Notes under the pieces: model-generated
What the model was told of the DNA's origin: nothing
Database searches by the model: none
The model's input: only the letters and a program-made list of their open reading frames with translations
Shown here: positions 31,278-40,576 of the stretch, piece by piece
How positions within the stretch are numbered: the stretch's first letter is position 1
How the letters are laid out: every line of letters begins with the position of its first letter
Source: Xanthobacteraceae bacterium
Lineage (GTDB): Bacteria; Pseudomonadota; Alphaproteobacteria; Rhizobiales; Xanthobacteraceae
Direction of reading: 5' to 3'
Length of the DNA stretch: 64,000 nt
Assembly (NCBI GenBank): GCA_035515455.1
Contig: DATJBH010000031.1
Location: forward strand, 10,172 to 74,171
Translations under genes and position numbers: made by a program

Positions 31278-32015
31278 ATGCACACGATTGCTTTGGTTTC
31301 GCAGAAGGGTGGCAGCGGCAAGAGCACGCTCGCCATCGGGCTCGCGCTCGCGGCTATGGAGGACGGTCATAAAGTCTGCCTGCTCGAAACCGACCCGCAG
31401 GGCACCGTCTCCAATTGGCGGCGGCGGCGGACGCAAAGCGAGCCTATGGTCGCGACCGTCATTGCCGGTTTCGAGATCGAGCAAAGACTGCCGCTGTTGC
31501 GGGACAGCGGCGTGACGCTGACACTGATCGACACCGCCGGCGGCGAAAGCTCGACGACCGCGGCTGCCATCGCCGCCTCGGATTTGTGCCTGATCCCCGC
31601 GCGGCCGAGTCCGGCCGATATCGAAGCCGCGGCGCCGACGCTCAGTTCGGTACGCCGGCTCGACAAGCCGTTCGCTTTCATTCTCAACCAGACGCCGGCA
31701 CGCAGCCCGCGCCTCGAGCACGCCGCTGCGGCGCTCGGCGATGCCGCCGTCCGCATCGAGATGTCGTTCAACGAAATCTCCCTTGCCGCGATGGGCGTGC
31801 TGGCGCGGCCCTACATCGTGCTGCGCAACGATCAGCAGGATGCGCTCGGCGCCGGGCTGGCCGTTACCGAATATGCGCTGGACGGCAAGTCGGCGGAGGA
31901 AATCCGCAGCCTGTGGCGCTGGGTCTGGACCAAGCTCACCGGCGGATCGCCCGCCTATGCGCAGACGCAGCTGCAAACGCCGCCTGACGATGCGCGAATG
32001 ATTGCGCTAAGCTGA
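31278..32015 (+). CDS. ParA/MinD-family ATPase (orphan)
   Basis: ATG at 31278. MHTIALVSQKGGSGKSTLAIGLALA has the deviant Walker A KGGxGKS. LIDTAGG and DLCLIPARPSPADI are typical of ParA/Soj-like proteins. There is no parB-like partner nearby. Confidence 0.8.
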   Translation: MHTIALVSQKGGSGKSTLAIGLALAAMEDGHKVCLLETDPQGTVSNWRRRRTQSEPMVATVIAGFEIEQRLPLLRDSGVTLTLIDTAGGESSTTAAAIAASDLCLIPARPSPADIEAAAPTLSSVRRLDKPFAFILNQTPARSPRLEHAAAALGDAAVRIEMSFNEISLAAMGVLARPYIVLRNDQQDALGAGLAVTEYALDGKSAEEIRSLWRWVWTKLTGGSPAYAQTQLQTPPDDARMIALS

Positions 32016-32041
32016 CGCGGCTTCGGCGCGCTCGGATGCTC

Positions 32042-32290
32042 TCAAGCCGCCAGCGGCTTGAACTTCACCACGGTGTCGAACCGATGGTCGCAACTATCGC
32101 AGCACCAGAAATTCCGGATTTCGTCGCCGCTGCGGCAAGCCAAGAATTGCGGATGCTCCGCGGCCATCATCGGTTCGCCGCATTTCGGGCAGCACGGCCG
32201 CCCGTAATAGCGCTCGTGGAAAAAATGCATCGGCGCGGCGGCTCTGCCAGCGCCTTGCCGAGTGACTTGCTCAGTAAGTTGGAGCGTCAT
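32042..32290 (-). CDS. small Cys-rich (zinc-ribbon-like) protein
   Basis: 82 aa from ATG 32290. CCPKCGEPM...WCCDSCDHRF provides two CxxC pairs. Confidence 0.5.
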   Translation of the reverse strand: MTLQLTEQVTRQGAGRAAAPMHFFHERYYGRPCCPKCGEPMMAAEHPQFLACRSGDEIRNFWCCDSCDHRFDTVVKFKPLAA

Positions 32291-32462
32291 GGCGAATCCC
32301 TCCGTGCGCAATGGGACCTTGTTAGCGGTCCTCTGTGTCATCCTTGCGGTCGCCGCTTCAACAAAGCGTGAAGGACATCGAGCGTTTTTTATCAAACTAT
32401 TGTCTTCGATCTTCCACGATGTCGGCAGATCGCGGCCAGCCATGCCGGCCAGCAGTAAAATG

Positions 32463-32687
32463 CTACTTGCCGGCCGCCTTGCGCAGCGCGGCATTGATGC
32501 GGTCTTGCCAGCCCGGTCCGTCCTCTTGGAAAAAATCGAGCACGTCGCGATCGATGCGCAGCGACACCAATTCCTTCACGCCGGGCAGCGCCGGCGGTGC
32601 TTTCGGGGGGCCTTCCGGCGGTTTTGTAGTGGCCGCTTTGAATGCATGCTCGGCGGCGGAGCGAGGATCGATTGGACGACGCGGCAT
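32463..32687 (-). CDS. BrnA-like antitoxin family protein (no adjacent BrnT)
   Basis: KELVSLRIDRDVLDFFQEDGPGWQDRINAALRKA matches the BrnA C-terminal pattern (v.lRld.dvl..fk..G.gyQtriNa.Lr). Confidence 0.6.
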   Translation of the reverse strand: MPRRPIDPRSAAEHAFKAATTKPPEGPPKAPPALPGVKELVSLRIDRDVLDFFQEDGPGWQDRINAALRKAAGK

Positions 32688-32783
32688 GTGACCTCCCTGT
32701 GACGGCAATCCAGCTTAGCGCATTATAGCCCGCCGCCGGTGCAGCAACCCGGGCGGAAAAAATCGCCCACACCTTTGCCGACA

Positions 32784-33707
32784 TTATTCGCTGACGTTTG
32801 CCGCGGCATCGTCGATGGCGCGCAACAGCGTCAACAGCGCGGTATTGAGCGGCGTGACGATGCCGTGGCGCATGCCGGCCGCGACAATGGCGCCGGTCAG
32901 GGCCTCGACTTCGAGATGGCGTCCGGCGAGACGATCGAAATACATCGAGGTGCCGAGTTCTCCGGAAAACGAAAACAGCGTCGCCATCGCGCGGGCCGGC
33001 TCGTCCTCGGCGAGCTTTGCACCCTCGGCGCTCGCGACCGCAACGGCTTCGGCGAGGATGGCGTGACAGAGCTCCTGCACATCCGGGCGGCGCAGGACCG
33101 CCTGCCTTTGCAGCGTCAGCGTGGTGACCGGATTGGCAACCGCATTGATCAGGAGCTTGCGCCAGATCAGCGTCGCGAAATCGTCGCTGCACAGGACACG
33201 AAGCGGCGTGCCATCGAGCAGTGCGGCAAAAGCCCGGCCGGCGTCGTCGTTTGCCACCGCCATATCCTGGTCTGAGCCTTGCCTCAGTCGCACCCGATCG
33301 GGCGCCAGCCGCTCGCCATTGTAATAGACGATCACCGGCAGCACCGTTGCCCCTTGGGCGAACGGCGCGACGCGCGCGACATGGCCGAGGCCGTTCTGCA
33401 AAACGGCAACGCGGGTCGACGGCGTGCACAGCTGCGCGAGCCACGGCGCCGCCGATTGGGTCTGATGCGTCTTGGTGCAAAGCAGCACCCAGTCGACCGG
33501 TTCTGCGTCGCTCGGCTCAGTCAGGGCAGTGAGCCTGAGCTCCATTGTGCCGCCGGGCTGGTCGAGCGTGAGCTGCCCGATCGGCCGGCGCAAGCAGGCG
33601 ATGACGTCATGCCGGTCGGCCGCCGCGAGGCAGCCGGCAGCGACTCCGCCGATGCTGCCAAGTCCGACCACGGCAACACGCAAGCGCTGCTTTACCGGTG
33701 CATCCAT
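32784..33707 (-). CDS. 2-dehydropantoate 2-reductase family (ApbA/PanE)
   Basis: LRVAVVGLGSIGGVAAGCLA (Rossmann motif) and the C-terminal SMYFDRLAGRHLEVEALTGAIV are typical of ketopantoate reductases. Confidence 0.85.
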   Translation of the reverse strand: MDAPVKQRLRVAVVGLGSIGGVAAGCLAAADRHDVIACLRRPIGQLTLDQPGGTMELRLTALTEPSDAEPVDWVLLCTKTHQTQSAAPWLAQLCTPSTRVAVLQNGLGHVARVAPFAQGATVLPVIVYYNGERLAPDRVRLRQGSDQDMAVANDDAGRAFAALLDGTPLRVLCSDDFATLIWRKLLINAVANPVTTLTLQRQAVLRRPDVQELCHAILAEAVAVASAEGAKLAEDEPARAMATLFSFSGELGTSMYFDRLAGRHLEVEALTGAIVAAGMRHGIVTPLNTALLTLLRAIDDAAANVSE

Positions 33708-33783
33708 CCCGCCATGGTTGGCGAGATCGCGGGAAAGTCAAATGCCCTGCACTTACCGGCCCTGCTGGCCGGTCAAGTTAGGC

Positions 33784-34029
33784 TCAGCGCTGCGATTCAG
33801 CGCTGTTGCCGCGGCCCGGAGCATCGACCCGGTCGTAATCGTACCAGCCGCCATAGCCATAACCGGGGGCATAATCGTAAAGGCCGGACCCGTAACCGGG
33901 CCCAGACTCATAGCCGGGGCTGTAGTTGTAGATGCCGCCACCGTATGGCGCACCATAAACATAGCCCTGCGCCAGCGCTGCCGTCGTCGCGGCCATAACG
34001 AATCCAGCGGCAAGAAGAATTTTTTTCAT
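33784..34029 (-). CDS. small secreted Gly/Tyr-rich protein
   Basis: Signal peptide MKKILLAAGFVMAATTAALA, then GYVYGAPYGGGIYNYSPGYESGPGYGSGLYDYAPGYGYGGWYDYD low-complexity sequence. Confidence 0.55.
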   Translation of the reverse strand: MKKILLAAGFVMAATTAALAQGYVYGAPYGGGIYNYSPGYESGPGYGSGLYDYAPGYGYGGWYDYDRVDAPGRGNSAESQR

Positions 34030-34327
34030 GACTCACGCTCCATTTTTTTTTGTCGCTCCTGCGAAAACTATCGTCGCGCGAATTGGTTCATCGGCTTTCG
34101 CGGCGCCGATTGCCTGTGCCGTTCCGACGCGATTGCGACTCATTTATCGGCAGAAAAATCGCTTTATTCGCGTGTCGCCATCACACGAAAGTGCACGGCG
34201 ATTTGAACGGCTGATGGGAATGCCGCCAAAGCTGGCCGCCGACGACTTTTGACGTGCGTCAATAGTTCCGGTTCCATTCTTTGCTAGCGCAATGCTGGCC
34301 GCCTGCCGCGGCCGCCGGTCTTGGTTG

Positions 34328-36304
34328 ATGAATGCTTTAGCTCGCCTGCGTCGATTACGTGCCGCCGATAGCAGGCCGGGCGCGACGGCAAGCCATATGC
34401 CCCGCGGTAGCTTCGCCGGCCTGACCATCGGTGCGCTCGGCATCGTTTACGGCGATATCGGCACCTCGCCGCTCTATGCGATGGACCAGCTGTTTTTCGG
34501 TCGGGCCGGCGGCGCGCAAACGCCCGACGACGTCCTCGGCGGCGTCTCGCTGGTGATCTGGACGATCACCATCATCGTCGCGATCAAATACGCTATGCTC
34601 GTGCTGCGTGCGCAGAACGACGGCGAAGGCGGCGTGTTCGCCCTCTACGGCTTATTGCACGAGCAGCGCCGCCGCGGGGGGACTCTGTTGTTGTGGGCGT
34701 TGATGCTCGGCGCTGGATTGTTGTTTGGCGATGGCATCATTACGCCGTCGATCAGCGTGCTGTCGGCAGTGGAGGGGCTGCATGTGGCGACGCCGACCTT
34801 GGGCACCGCCGTCATTCCGATTACCATCGCCCTGTTGACCGGGCTGTTCGCCATTCAGTTCAAGGGCACCGCCGGCATCGGCATTGTGTTCGGTCCGGTC
34901 CTCATCGTCTGGTTCGCGGCGATCGCGGTGCTTGGCATCGCGCAAATCCAACAGCATCCGGATATCCTCGCCGCGTTCAATCCGCTTTACGGGTTGAGCT
35001 ATCTGCATCGCGCCGGCTTCTTCGACACGCTCCTCGTTCTCAGCGCCCTGATGCTGGTCGTCACCGGCGGCGAAGCGATGTATGCCGACGTCGGACATTT
35101 CGGCGCACCGCCGATCCGGGCAAGCTGGTTCGCCGTCGTCTTTCCCGCGCTCACCCTCAATTATCTCGGCCAAGGCGCCTATGTGCTCAGCGGCGCGCCG
35201 GTCGAAGCCGGCAAGCTGTTTTACAGCATGGTGCCGCAAGCCATGCTCTATCCCATGGTGCTGCTTGCCACCGTAGCCACCATCATCGCCTCACAGGCGC
35301 TCATTTCCGGGGCGTTTTCGCTGGTGTCGCAGGCGATTCGGCTCGGTCTGTTTCCGCGGCTGGCGCTGCTGCATACGCACGAAAGACATGCCGGCCAGAT
35401 CTACGTGCCGTTCATCAATTGGGCGCTGTTTGCCGGCTGCGTGCTCTTGGTCTTGACGTTCCGTTCCGCTACCGCGCTCGCAGCCGCCTACGGTTTGGCC
35501 GTGTCCGGCGTGATGCTGATCACTTCGATTGCGATGATCCCGATCTCGCGGCGTTACTGGAAATGGGGCCCGCTCGCGACCGGTCTCGTCTGGGGCGCGC
35601 TGACGGCGGTGAATGCCGCGTTTCTGTTCGCCAGTTCGCTGAAATTCGTCGAAGGCGGCTATGTGCCGCTCTCGGTCGGCGTTGCCGTCTTTTTGGTGAT
35701 GACGACATGGCGCTGGGGCCGCAAGGCGACTTTTGCCGCCTATTCGGCGAAGCCGACAATGACCATGGCTGAGCTGGTCGAGCTTCATCGCGACTGCAAA
35801 GTCTTCATGGAACGCAATGCGCTGGTGATGTCGCCGAAGCCGATGAATCTCCCAAGCGACCGCGCGCCGGCGATGATCCAGATGCTGTGGGAACGGCACG
35901 GCATCTTGCCGCGCAATCTGATCCTGGTCGAAGTCAAACACCGCAAGGTGCCGTATATCCACGACAACCGCTATCGTGTCACGGTATTCGATCGCGACCG
36001 CGACCGCGGCAGCGTCATCGCCGTCGAGTTGAGCTTCGGCTTCATGGAGGAGCCAAACGTCGAGCGCGTGCTGGAGGAAATGGCGCGGCACCGCGAAATC
36101 GACCTGCCAGCCGACCGCCATCGCTGGATCGTGCACGCGTCGCAGGAAAATCTGCTGCCGGCGCGGCATATGAATTTTCTCAAGCGGCTGCGCTTCCGGC
36201 TGTTCATGTTTCTGCGCCTGGTGTCGCAGCCGGCCTACTACTATTACGGCCTCGGCGATGAAGTGCTGCCGTCGGTCGAAATCATTCCGGTCCGCGTGCG
36301 TTAG
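34328..36304 (+). CDS. kup: KUP/HAK/KT potassium transporter
   Basis: LTIGALGIVYGDIGTSPLYA, GDGIITPSISVLSAVEG and GGEAMYADVGHFG are canonical Kup motifs. The start is uncertain (34292/34328/34397). Confidence 0.93.
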   Translation: MNALARLRRLRAADSRPGATASHMPRGSFAGLTIGALGIVYGDIGTSPLYAMDQLFFGRAGGAQTPDDVLGGVSLVIWTITIIVAIKYAMLVLRAQNDGEGGVFALYGLLHEQRRRGGTLLLWALMLGAGLLFGDGIITPSISVLSAVEGLHVATPTLGTAVIPITIALLTGLFAIQFKGTAGIGIVFGPVLIVWFAAIAVLGIAQIQQHPDILAAFNPLYGLSYLHRAGFFDTLLVLSALMLVVTGGEAMYADVGHFGAPPIRASWFAVVFPALTLNYLGQGAYVLSGAPVEAGKLFYSMVPQAMLYPMVLLATVATIIASQALISGAFSLVSQAIRLGLFPRLALLHTHERHAGQIYVPFINWALFAGCVLLVLTFRSATALAAAYGLAVSGVMLITSIAMIPISRRYWKWGPLATGLVWGALTAVNAAFLFASSLKFVEGGYVPLSVGVAVFLVMTTWRWGRKATFAAYSAKPTMTMAELVELHRDCKVFMERNALVMSPKPMNLPSDRAPAMIQMLWERHGILPRNLILVEVKHRKVPYIHDNRYRVTVFDRDRDRGSVIAVELSFGFMEEPNVERVLEEMARHREIDLPADRHRWIVHASQENLLPARHMNFLKRLRFRLFMFLRLVSQPAYYYYGLGDEVLPSVEIIPVRVR

Positions 36305-36417
36305 ACATTCGCGAAACCAAAATAGCGTCGTGCTAAACTGACTGGCCGGCTCAACGGCTTGTTCCGCGCCGCCCTGGGCGAAATTCACGAGCGTGCGCTC
36401 GAGGATGGCCAACCGCG

Positions 36418-36932
36418 ATGAATCCGTTCGACGCCGTGGTCACTGTCGCCGTTGTCCTGGCGATGGCGCTTGGTTTTATGTCGGGCCTGCTGCGCAGCCT
36501 GGCGACGATCTTGCGTACCTCATCGCCGCGCCGGCTGCGATCGCGCTGGCACCCGAAGTGGTGCCGATGTTGACGGGAAATATGAAGCTGTCGTCCGGTA
36601 CCGCCTGGCTGCCGCTATTCGCGATCTTTCTGTTGCTGGGCGTGATCCTTGGTACGATCTTGCGCTACGGCATCAGCGAGTTTGTCGGATCCGATCCGCC
36701 GCTGTTCGATCGGATCGGCGGTGCCTTGCTCGGCGCGGTCCGTGTTGTCCTCGTCGCCGTGCTGATAGTCGTCATATTCGACCGCATCATTCCCGCCGAT
36801 CGCCAGCCGCCTTATCTCGCCGGCTCCAAGCTGTGGCCCTATCTCTCGGCTGCGGGGCAAAAAGGCCTGGCGTCGCTGCCGCCCGATGCCGGAGCCTATA
36901 TCGATCGGCTCAAGCGCGAGCGCGGTCTGTAG
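36418..36932 (+). pseudogene. cvpA: CvpA family membrane protein with an apparent 1-nt frameshift near codon 31
   Basis: ATG at 36418 encodes the CvpA-type first helix MNPFDAVVTVAVVLAMALGFMSGLLRSLATI, then hits a stop 20 codons later. The rest (AYLIAAPAAIALAP...FDRIGGALLGAVRVVLVAVLIVVIF...) is in the ORF 36393..36932 frame. One missing nucleotide near 36511-36513 would join them. Confidence 0.6.
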
Positions 36933-36953
36933 CGCCGCAGTTGCTTCATTTTG

Positions 36954-37106
36954 TCAGCTTACCGGCGGCGGTCCAAGCATGAGAAAGATCAGGATACCGC
37001 CGCCGATCACCAGAGCCATCAGCAGTAATGGCGTCAGCAAGCGATTGTCGTTCTTGCGATCGGTCTCGCGCTGGCTCGGCCTCTCGTCCGCGTCCGTCAT
37101 GGGCAT
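36954..37106 (-). CDS. possible 50-aa single-pass membrane peptide (below ORF-track cutoff)
   Basis: MPMTDADERPSQRETDRKNDNRLLTPLLLMALVIGGGILIFLMLGPPPVS*. A charged N-terminus plus one hydrophobic helix. The RBS is weak and I recognise no homology. Confidence 0.25.
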   Translation of the reverse strand: MPMTDADERPSQRETDRKNDNRLLTPLLLMALVIGGGILIFLMLGPPPVS

Positions 37107-37217
37107 TACCTTAGGCGCTGCCCCGTTTGGGTAACGCGCATGGCGCGATAAGGTTCTTCACGCCAAGCGCCGCGCTTCGAGGGCGGTTCGGCGAGCCAAT
37201 TCGTGACGTTCGATGGA

Positions 37218-37571
37218 TCACTTCTTGAACGCGTCGAGCCGCAGCGGCAGTACGGCGCCGAACCAGGCCGCATGCGCGCTGTGGTCGGTGAAGTCGTCGC
37301 CGGTCTCGGGATGCAGAAGGATGGTCAAATCGTCGCGGTTGAGCATCAGCCACGGCACGAAGCTGGCCAGCATCCCGGTGGGAAACGCGATCTGATACAT
37401 CGATTGCGGATGCGGCCCGACCAGTTCGTCATGCCAGCGCCCAAGCTTGGCCTGCGGAAACGCCGCGGCGACGCGATCGCGCAAGCGCGCGGCGCGGTCG
37501 CGGCTCTTGGCCGGGTCGTAATAGACATGAACGTGATAGTCCTTGATTGCATCCACGGTGGTCGCTGGCAT
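37218..37571 (-). CDS. DOPA 4,5-dioxygenase family protein
   Basis: IKDYHVHVYYDPAKSRDRAARLRDRVAAAFP...HPQSMYQIAF fits the DOPA-dioxygenase (DODA-type, about 115 aa) pattern. Confidence 0.75.
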   Translation of the reverse strand: MPATTVDAIKDYHVHVYYDPAKSRDRAARLRDRVAAAFPQAKLGRWHDELVGPHPQSMYQIAFPTGMLASFVPWLMLNRDDLTILLHPETGDDFTDHSAHAAWFGAVLPLRLDAFKK

Positions 37572-37597
37572 GGCGATCGAGCCTCAAATTTTGGTGC

Positions 37598-38308
37598 TTA
37601 GCCGAGCTGTAGCTGGCGCGGTCCGGCATAGAGATTGGCGATGAGTACGGCGAGGATGCTGGTAAGAAAAATGCCGTCGAAAGTGCCGGCGCCGCCGATC
37701 GAGGCGACCGGCGCGCCAAGCCCTCGGACCTTATCGAGATTGGTGAGGTCGGCGCCAATCAGCGTGCCGAGGCTGCCGGCGATATAAGCGAGCGGCGCTG
37801 CGTCCCGGCGCGAGAGCAGCAACGCGACCGCCGCCGTCGTCACGACCGGCACGAACACCGGCACGGCGATGCCGAGACCTGGAACCGGATTGGCGAGCCA
37901 ATGCAGAACGAGCGCGACGATGGCAACAGCAATGACTCCTTTGACCCATAGATCGCGCTTAAAGAGCAGATAAAAGGACAGCAGCGTCGGGATGACGGCA
38001 CCGCCGACATTCACCGCGATCACGGTACCCTGCCAGTGCGTCACCACCGGCACTTCATATTGCATGCCGAAGAAACCGACGATCTGATCCGAGACGACGC
38101 GCCCCGGCGGCAGTTGTGCGATCGGGATGTTGAACACGCTGCCGATGAGCGAGGCAAAGAGCAAAAGCAGCGCCGTGCCCGATCCGATGCCGAGGCTGGT
38201 ATAGGCAAAGCGGACAGTCTGAAGCAGCAGAACGGCGATGAAGATTCCAACCAAGATGGCGAAGAAGCCGGGCGCCAGCGGCAAATAATGATATTGGCTC
38301 ATTTCCAT
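37598..38308 (-). CDS. DUF1614 domain membrane protein
   Basis: YHYLPLAPGFFAILVGIFIAVLLL...IGSVFNIPIAQLP...VNVGGAVIPTLLSFYLL...IGGAGTFDGIFL is typical of DUF1614. Confidence 0.75.
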   Translation of the reverse strand: MEMSQYHYLPLAPGFFAILVGIFIAVLLLQTVRFAYTSLGIGSGTALLLLFASLIGSVFNIPIAQLPPGRVVSDQIVGFFGMQYEVPVVTHWQGTVIAVNVGGAVIPTLLSFYLLFKRDLWVKGVIAVAIVALVLHWLANPVPGLGIAVPVFVPVVTTAAVALLLSRRDAAPLAYIAGSLGTLIGADLTNLDKVRGLGAPVASIGGAGTFDGIFLTSILAVLIANLYAGPRQLQLG

Positions 38309-38333
38309 CGGCGCTGCTCCGCCCTCGGGTAAT

Positions 38334-38364
38334 CGTAGCCGGATGAGCGTAGCGAATTCCGGGC
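38334..38364. repeat. REP-like arm, family E
   Basis: cgtagccggatgagcgtagcgaattccgggc, related to 19375..19459. Confidence 0.6.
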
Positions 38365-38482
38365 TCAGGGTTAACCGATCTCGCCGGTCGCGCTGCTCAG
38401 GCGGACAATTTTAAGGGAGCCGCCTTGCACCGATAACGCGCGGCCCTATAATACGGCGCTTCCTTCGCGCAGGGATATTTTT

Positions 38483-38983
38483 GTGGCGCCGCCGGAAGCA
38501 AAATCAGTTGCCATTATCATGGGCAGCCAGTCGGACTGGCAGACCATGAAGCATGCCGCCGACACGCTCGATGCGCTGCAGGTCGGCTATGCGGCGCGCA
38601 TCGTTTCCGCGCACCGCACCCCCGAGCGGCTCTACGCCTTCGCCAAGGGAGCAAAAGCGGAAGGGTTCAAGGTCATCATTGCCGGGGCAGGCGGCGCCGC
38701 GCACCTGCCTGGCATGACCGCCGCATTGACCAGCCTCCCGGTATTCGGCGTTCCGGTGGACTCGAAGGCGCTGTCCGGCATGGATTCGCTGTATTCCATC
38801 GTGCAGATGCCGCCCGGCGTGCCGGTCGGCACGCTTGCCATCGGGCAGGCCGGTGCCATCAATGCCGCGCTTCTAGCCGCGAGCGTGTTGGCGCTGAGCG
38901 ATCCCGCTTTGAGCGGACGGCTCGAGGCCTGGCGGGCCCGGCAAACCGCATCGGTTGCCGAAGTGCCGAAGGACGGCGCGTGA
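38483..38983 (+). CDS. purE: 5-(carboxyamino)imidazole ribonucleotide mutase
   Basis: [22 protein letters not shown]...SAHRTPERL...[13 protein letters not shown]. Confidence 0.95.
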   Translation: MAPPEAKSVAIIMGSQSDWQTMKHAADTLDALQVGYAARIVSAHRTPERLYAFAKGAKAEGFKVIIAGAGGAAHLPGMTAALTSLPVFGVPVDSKALSGMDSLYSIVQMPPGVPVGTLAIGQAGAINAALLAASVLALSDPALSGRLEAWRARQTASVAEVPKDGA

Positions 38984-40074
38984 ACCAAACGTCGGACGCG
39001 GCGCCGCTCGTGCTGAAACCCGAAGCCACCATCGGCATTCTCGGCGGCGGCCAGCTTGGCCGGATGCTCGCCTTGGCCGCGGCCCGGCTCGGCTTCAAGT
39101 GCCATGTCTTCGCGCCTCATCCCGACTCGCCGGCGTTCGACGTGGTGCGCCGCGTCACGCGTGCCGACTATACGGACACCGAAGCGCTGGCCCGATTCGC
39201 CGAAAATGTCGACGTCGTCACCTATGAATTCGAGAACGTGCCGGCGGAAACTGCGACCTTTCTGGCTGCCCGCGTTCCGGTGCTGCCCGATCCGAAGATT
39301 CTCGCAATCACCCAGGATCGCCTCGCCGAGAAGAATTTTGTCGCCGCGCTCGGTATTCGCACCGCGGCGTTTGCCGAGGTCGGTATTGCGGCGGAGCTCG
39401 CGACCGCGATCGAGCGGGTCGGCCGGCCGGCGATCTTGAAGACCCGCCGTTTCGGATATGACGGCAAGGGTCAGGCGGCGATCAAGAACGGCAGCGATCC
39501 GGCGGCCGCCTGGCGCGAAGTCGGCGGCCAACCCTGCATTCTCGAGGCCTTCGTGCCGTTCGAGCGCGAAGTTTCGGTCATTGCCGCGCGCGGCTCTGAC
39601 GGCGCCGTCGTCTGTTTCGACGTCACCGAGAACGAGCACCGCGATCATATCCTGAAATTTTCTCGGGTGCCGGCGGCGCTCGGCAGGGAGTCTGCGGCGG
39701 AGGCCGTGCGCATCGCCGAGACCATCGCGCACAAATTTTCCTATGTCGGCGTACTTGCGGTCGAGATGTTCGTGCTGGGCGACGGCGCTCTTATGGTCAA
39801 CGAGATCGCGCCGCGGGTGCATAACTCCGGTCATTGGACTATCGACGGCGCGTCGGTTTCGCAATTCGAGCAGCACATCAGGGCGATCGCCGGTTGGCCG
39901 CTGGCGAGGCCGCTACGCCACGGCCGCGTGGAGATGACGAACCTCATCGGACAGGAAATCGAGGACTACCGGCGCTGGCTGGTCCTCCCCGGCGCGGCAG
40001 TGCATCTCTACGGCAAAGCCGCGGTCCGCCCCGGCCGCAAGATGGGCCATGTGACCCAGGTCTTTCCAGAGTGA
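38980..40074 (+). CDS. purK: N5-carboxyaminoimidazole ribonucleotide synthase
   Basis: [21 protein letters not shown] with an ATP-grasp body ([27 protein letters not shown]). It overlaps purE by 4 nt. Confidence 0.93.
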   Translation: MNQTSDAAPLVLKPEATIGILGGGQLGRMLALAAARLGFKCHVFAPHPDSPAFDVVRRVTRADYTDTEALARFAENVDVVTYEFENVPAETATFLAARVPVLPDPKILAITQDRLAEKNFVAALGIRTAAFAEVGIAAELATAIERVGRPAILKTRRFGYDGKGQAAIKNGSDPAAAWREVGGQPCILEAFVPFEREVSVIAARGSDGAVVCFDVTENEHRDHILKFSRVPAALGRESAAEAVRIAETIAHKFSYVGVLAVEMFVLGDGALMVNEIAPRVHNSGHWTIDGASVSQFEQHIRAIAGWPLARPLRHGRVEMTNLIGQEIEDYRRWLVLPGAAVHLYGKAAVRPGRKMGHVTQVFPE

Positions 40075-40204
40075 GAGCCTCCTCGAAGGCTCGCACTGGT
40101 GGACTTTTCGGACCAGTTCTGCTACAGCCCGCGCCGAGGTGGCGCGGGGCGTTGCGCGCTGAGCCGCCATGCAATCCCAGGAACCGGAATTAGAAGGAGC
40201 ACGC

Positions 40205-40495
40205 GTGCAGGTTCTCGTCCGTGACAACAATGTCGACCAGGCCCTCAAGGCGCTGAAGAAAAAGATGCAGCGCGAGGGCATTTTCCGCGAGATGAAGCTT
40301 CGCGGCCACTACGAAAAACCATCCGAAAAAAAGGCGAGGGAGAAGGCGGAAGCGATCCGCCGCGCCCGCAAGCTCGCGCGCAAGCGCTTGCAGCGCGAGG
40401 GCCTGCTCCCGATGAAGCCGAAACCGACCACCGGCCCGGGTGCCGGGCCTGGAATGGGCCGGTCCGCCGCGCCGCGCGCACCCCGCTTCGGCTGA
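40205..40495 (+). CDS. rpsU: 30S ribosomal protein S21 (with about 25-aa C-terminal extension)
   Basis: GTG at 40205 is preceded by [57 protein letters not shown] is canonical S21. Confidence 0.93.
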   Translation: MQVLVRDNNVDQALKALKKKMQREGIFREMKLRGHYEKPSEKKAREKAEAIRRARKLARKRLQREGLLPMKPKPTTGPGAGPGMGRSAAPRAPRFG

Positions 40496-40518
40496 GAGAT
40501 TTAGCGCATTTTGACGAT

Positions 40519-40548
40519 GGCGCAGGGGTTTGCCTGCGCCGTTTTTTT
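40519..40548 (+). terminator. Rho-independent terminator of rpsU
   Basis: Stem ggcgcagg / cctgcgcc with loop ggtttg, followed by gttttttt. Confidence 0.75.
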
Positions 40549-40576
40549 GGCGTGCCGGGATGTTATCTTGCGTGCG

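Noticed and set aside
34030-34330. Possible riboswitch or leader upstream of kup
   Set aside because: It is an AT-richer 300-nt leader, but I could not match it to any known motif (for example the c-di-AMP ydaO type). No convincing conserved helices were visible by eye.
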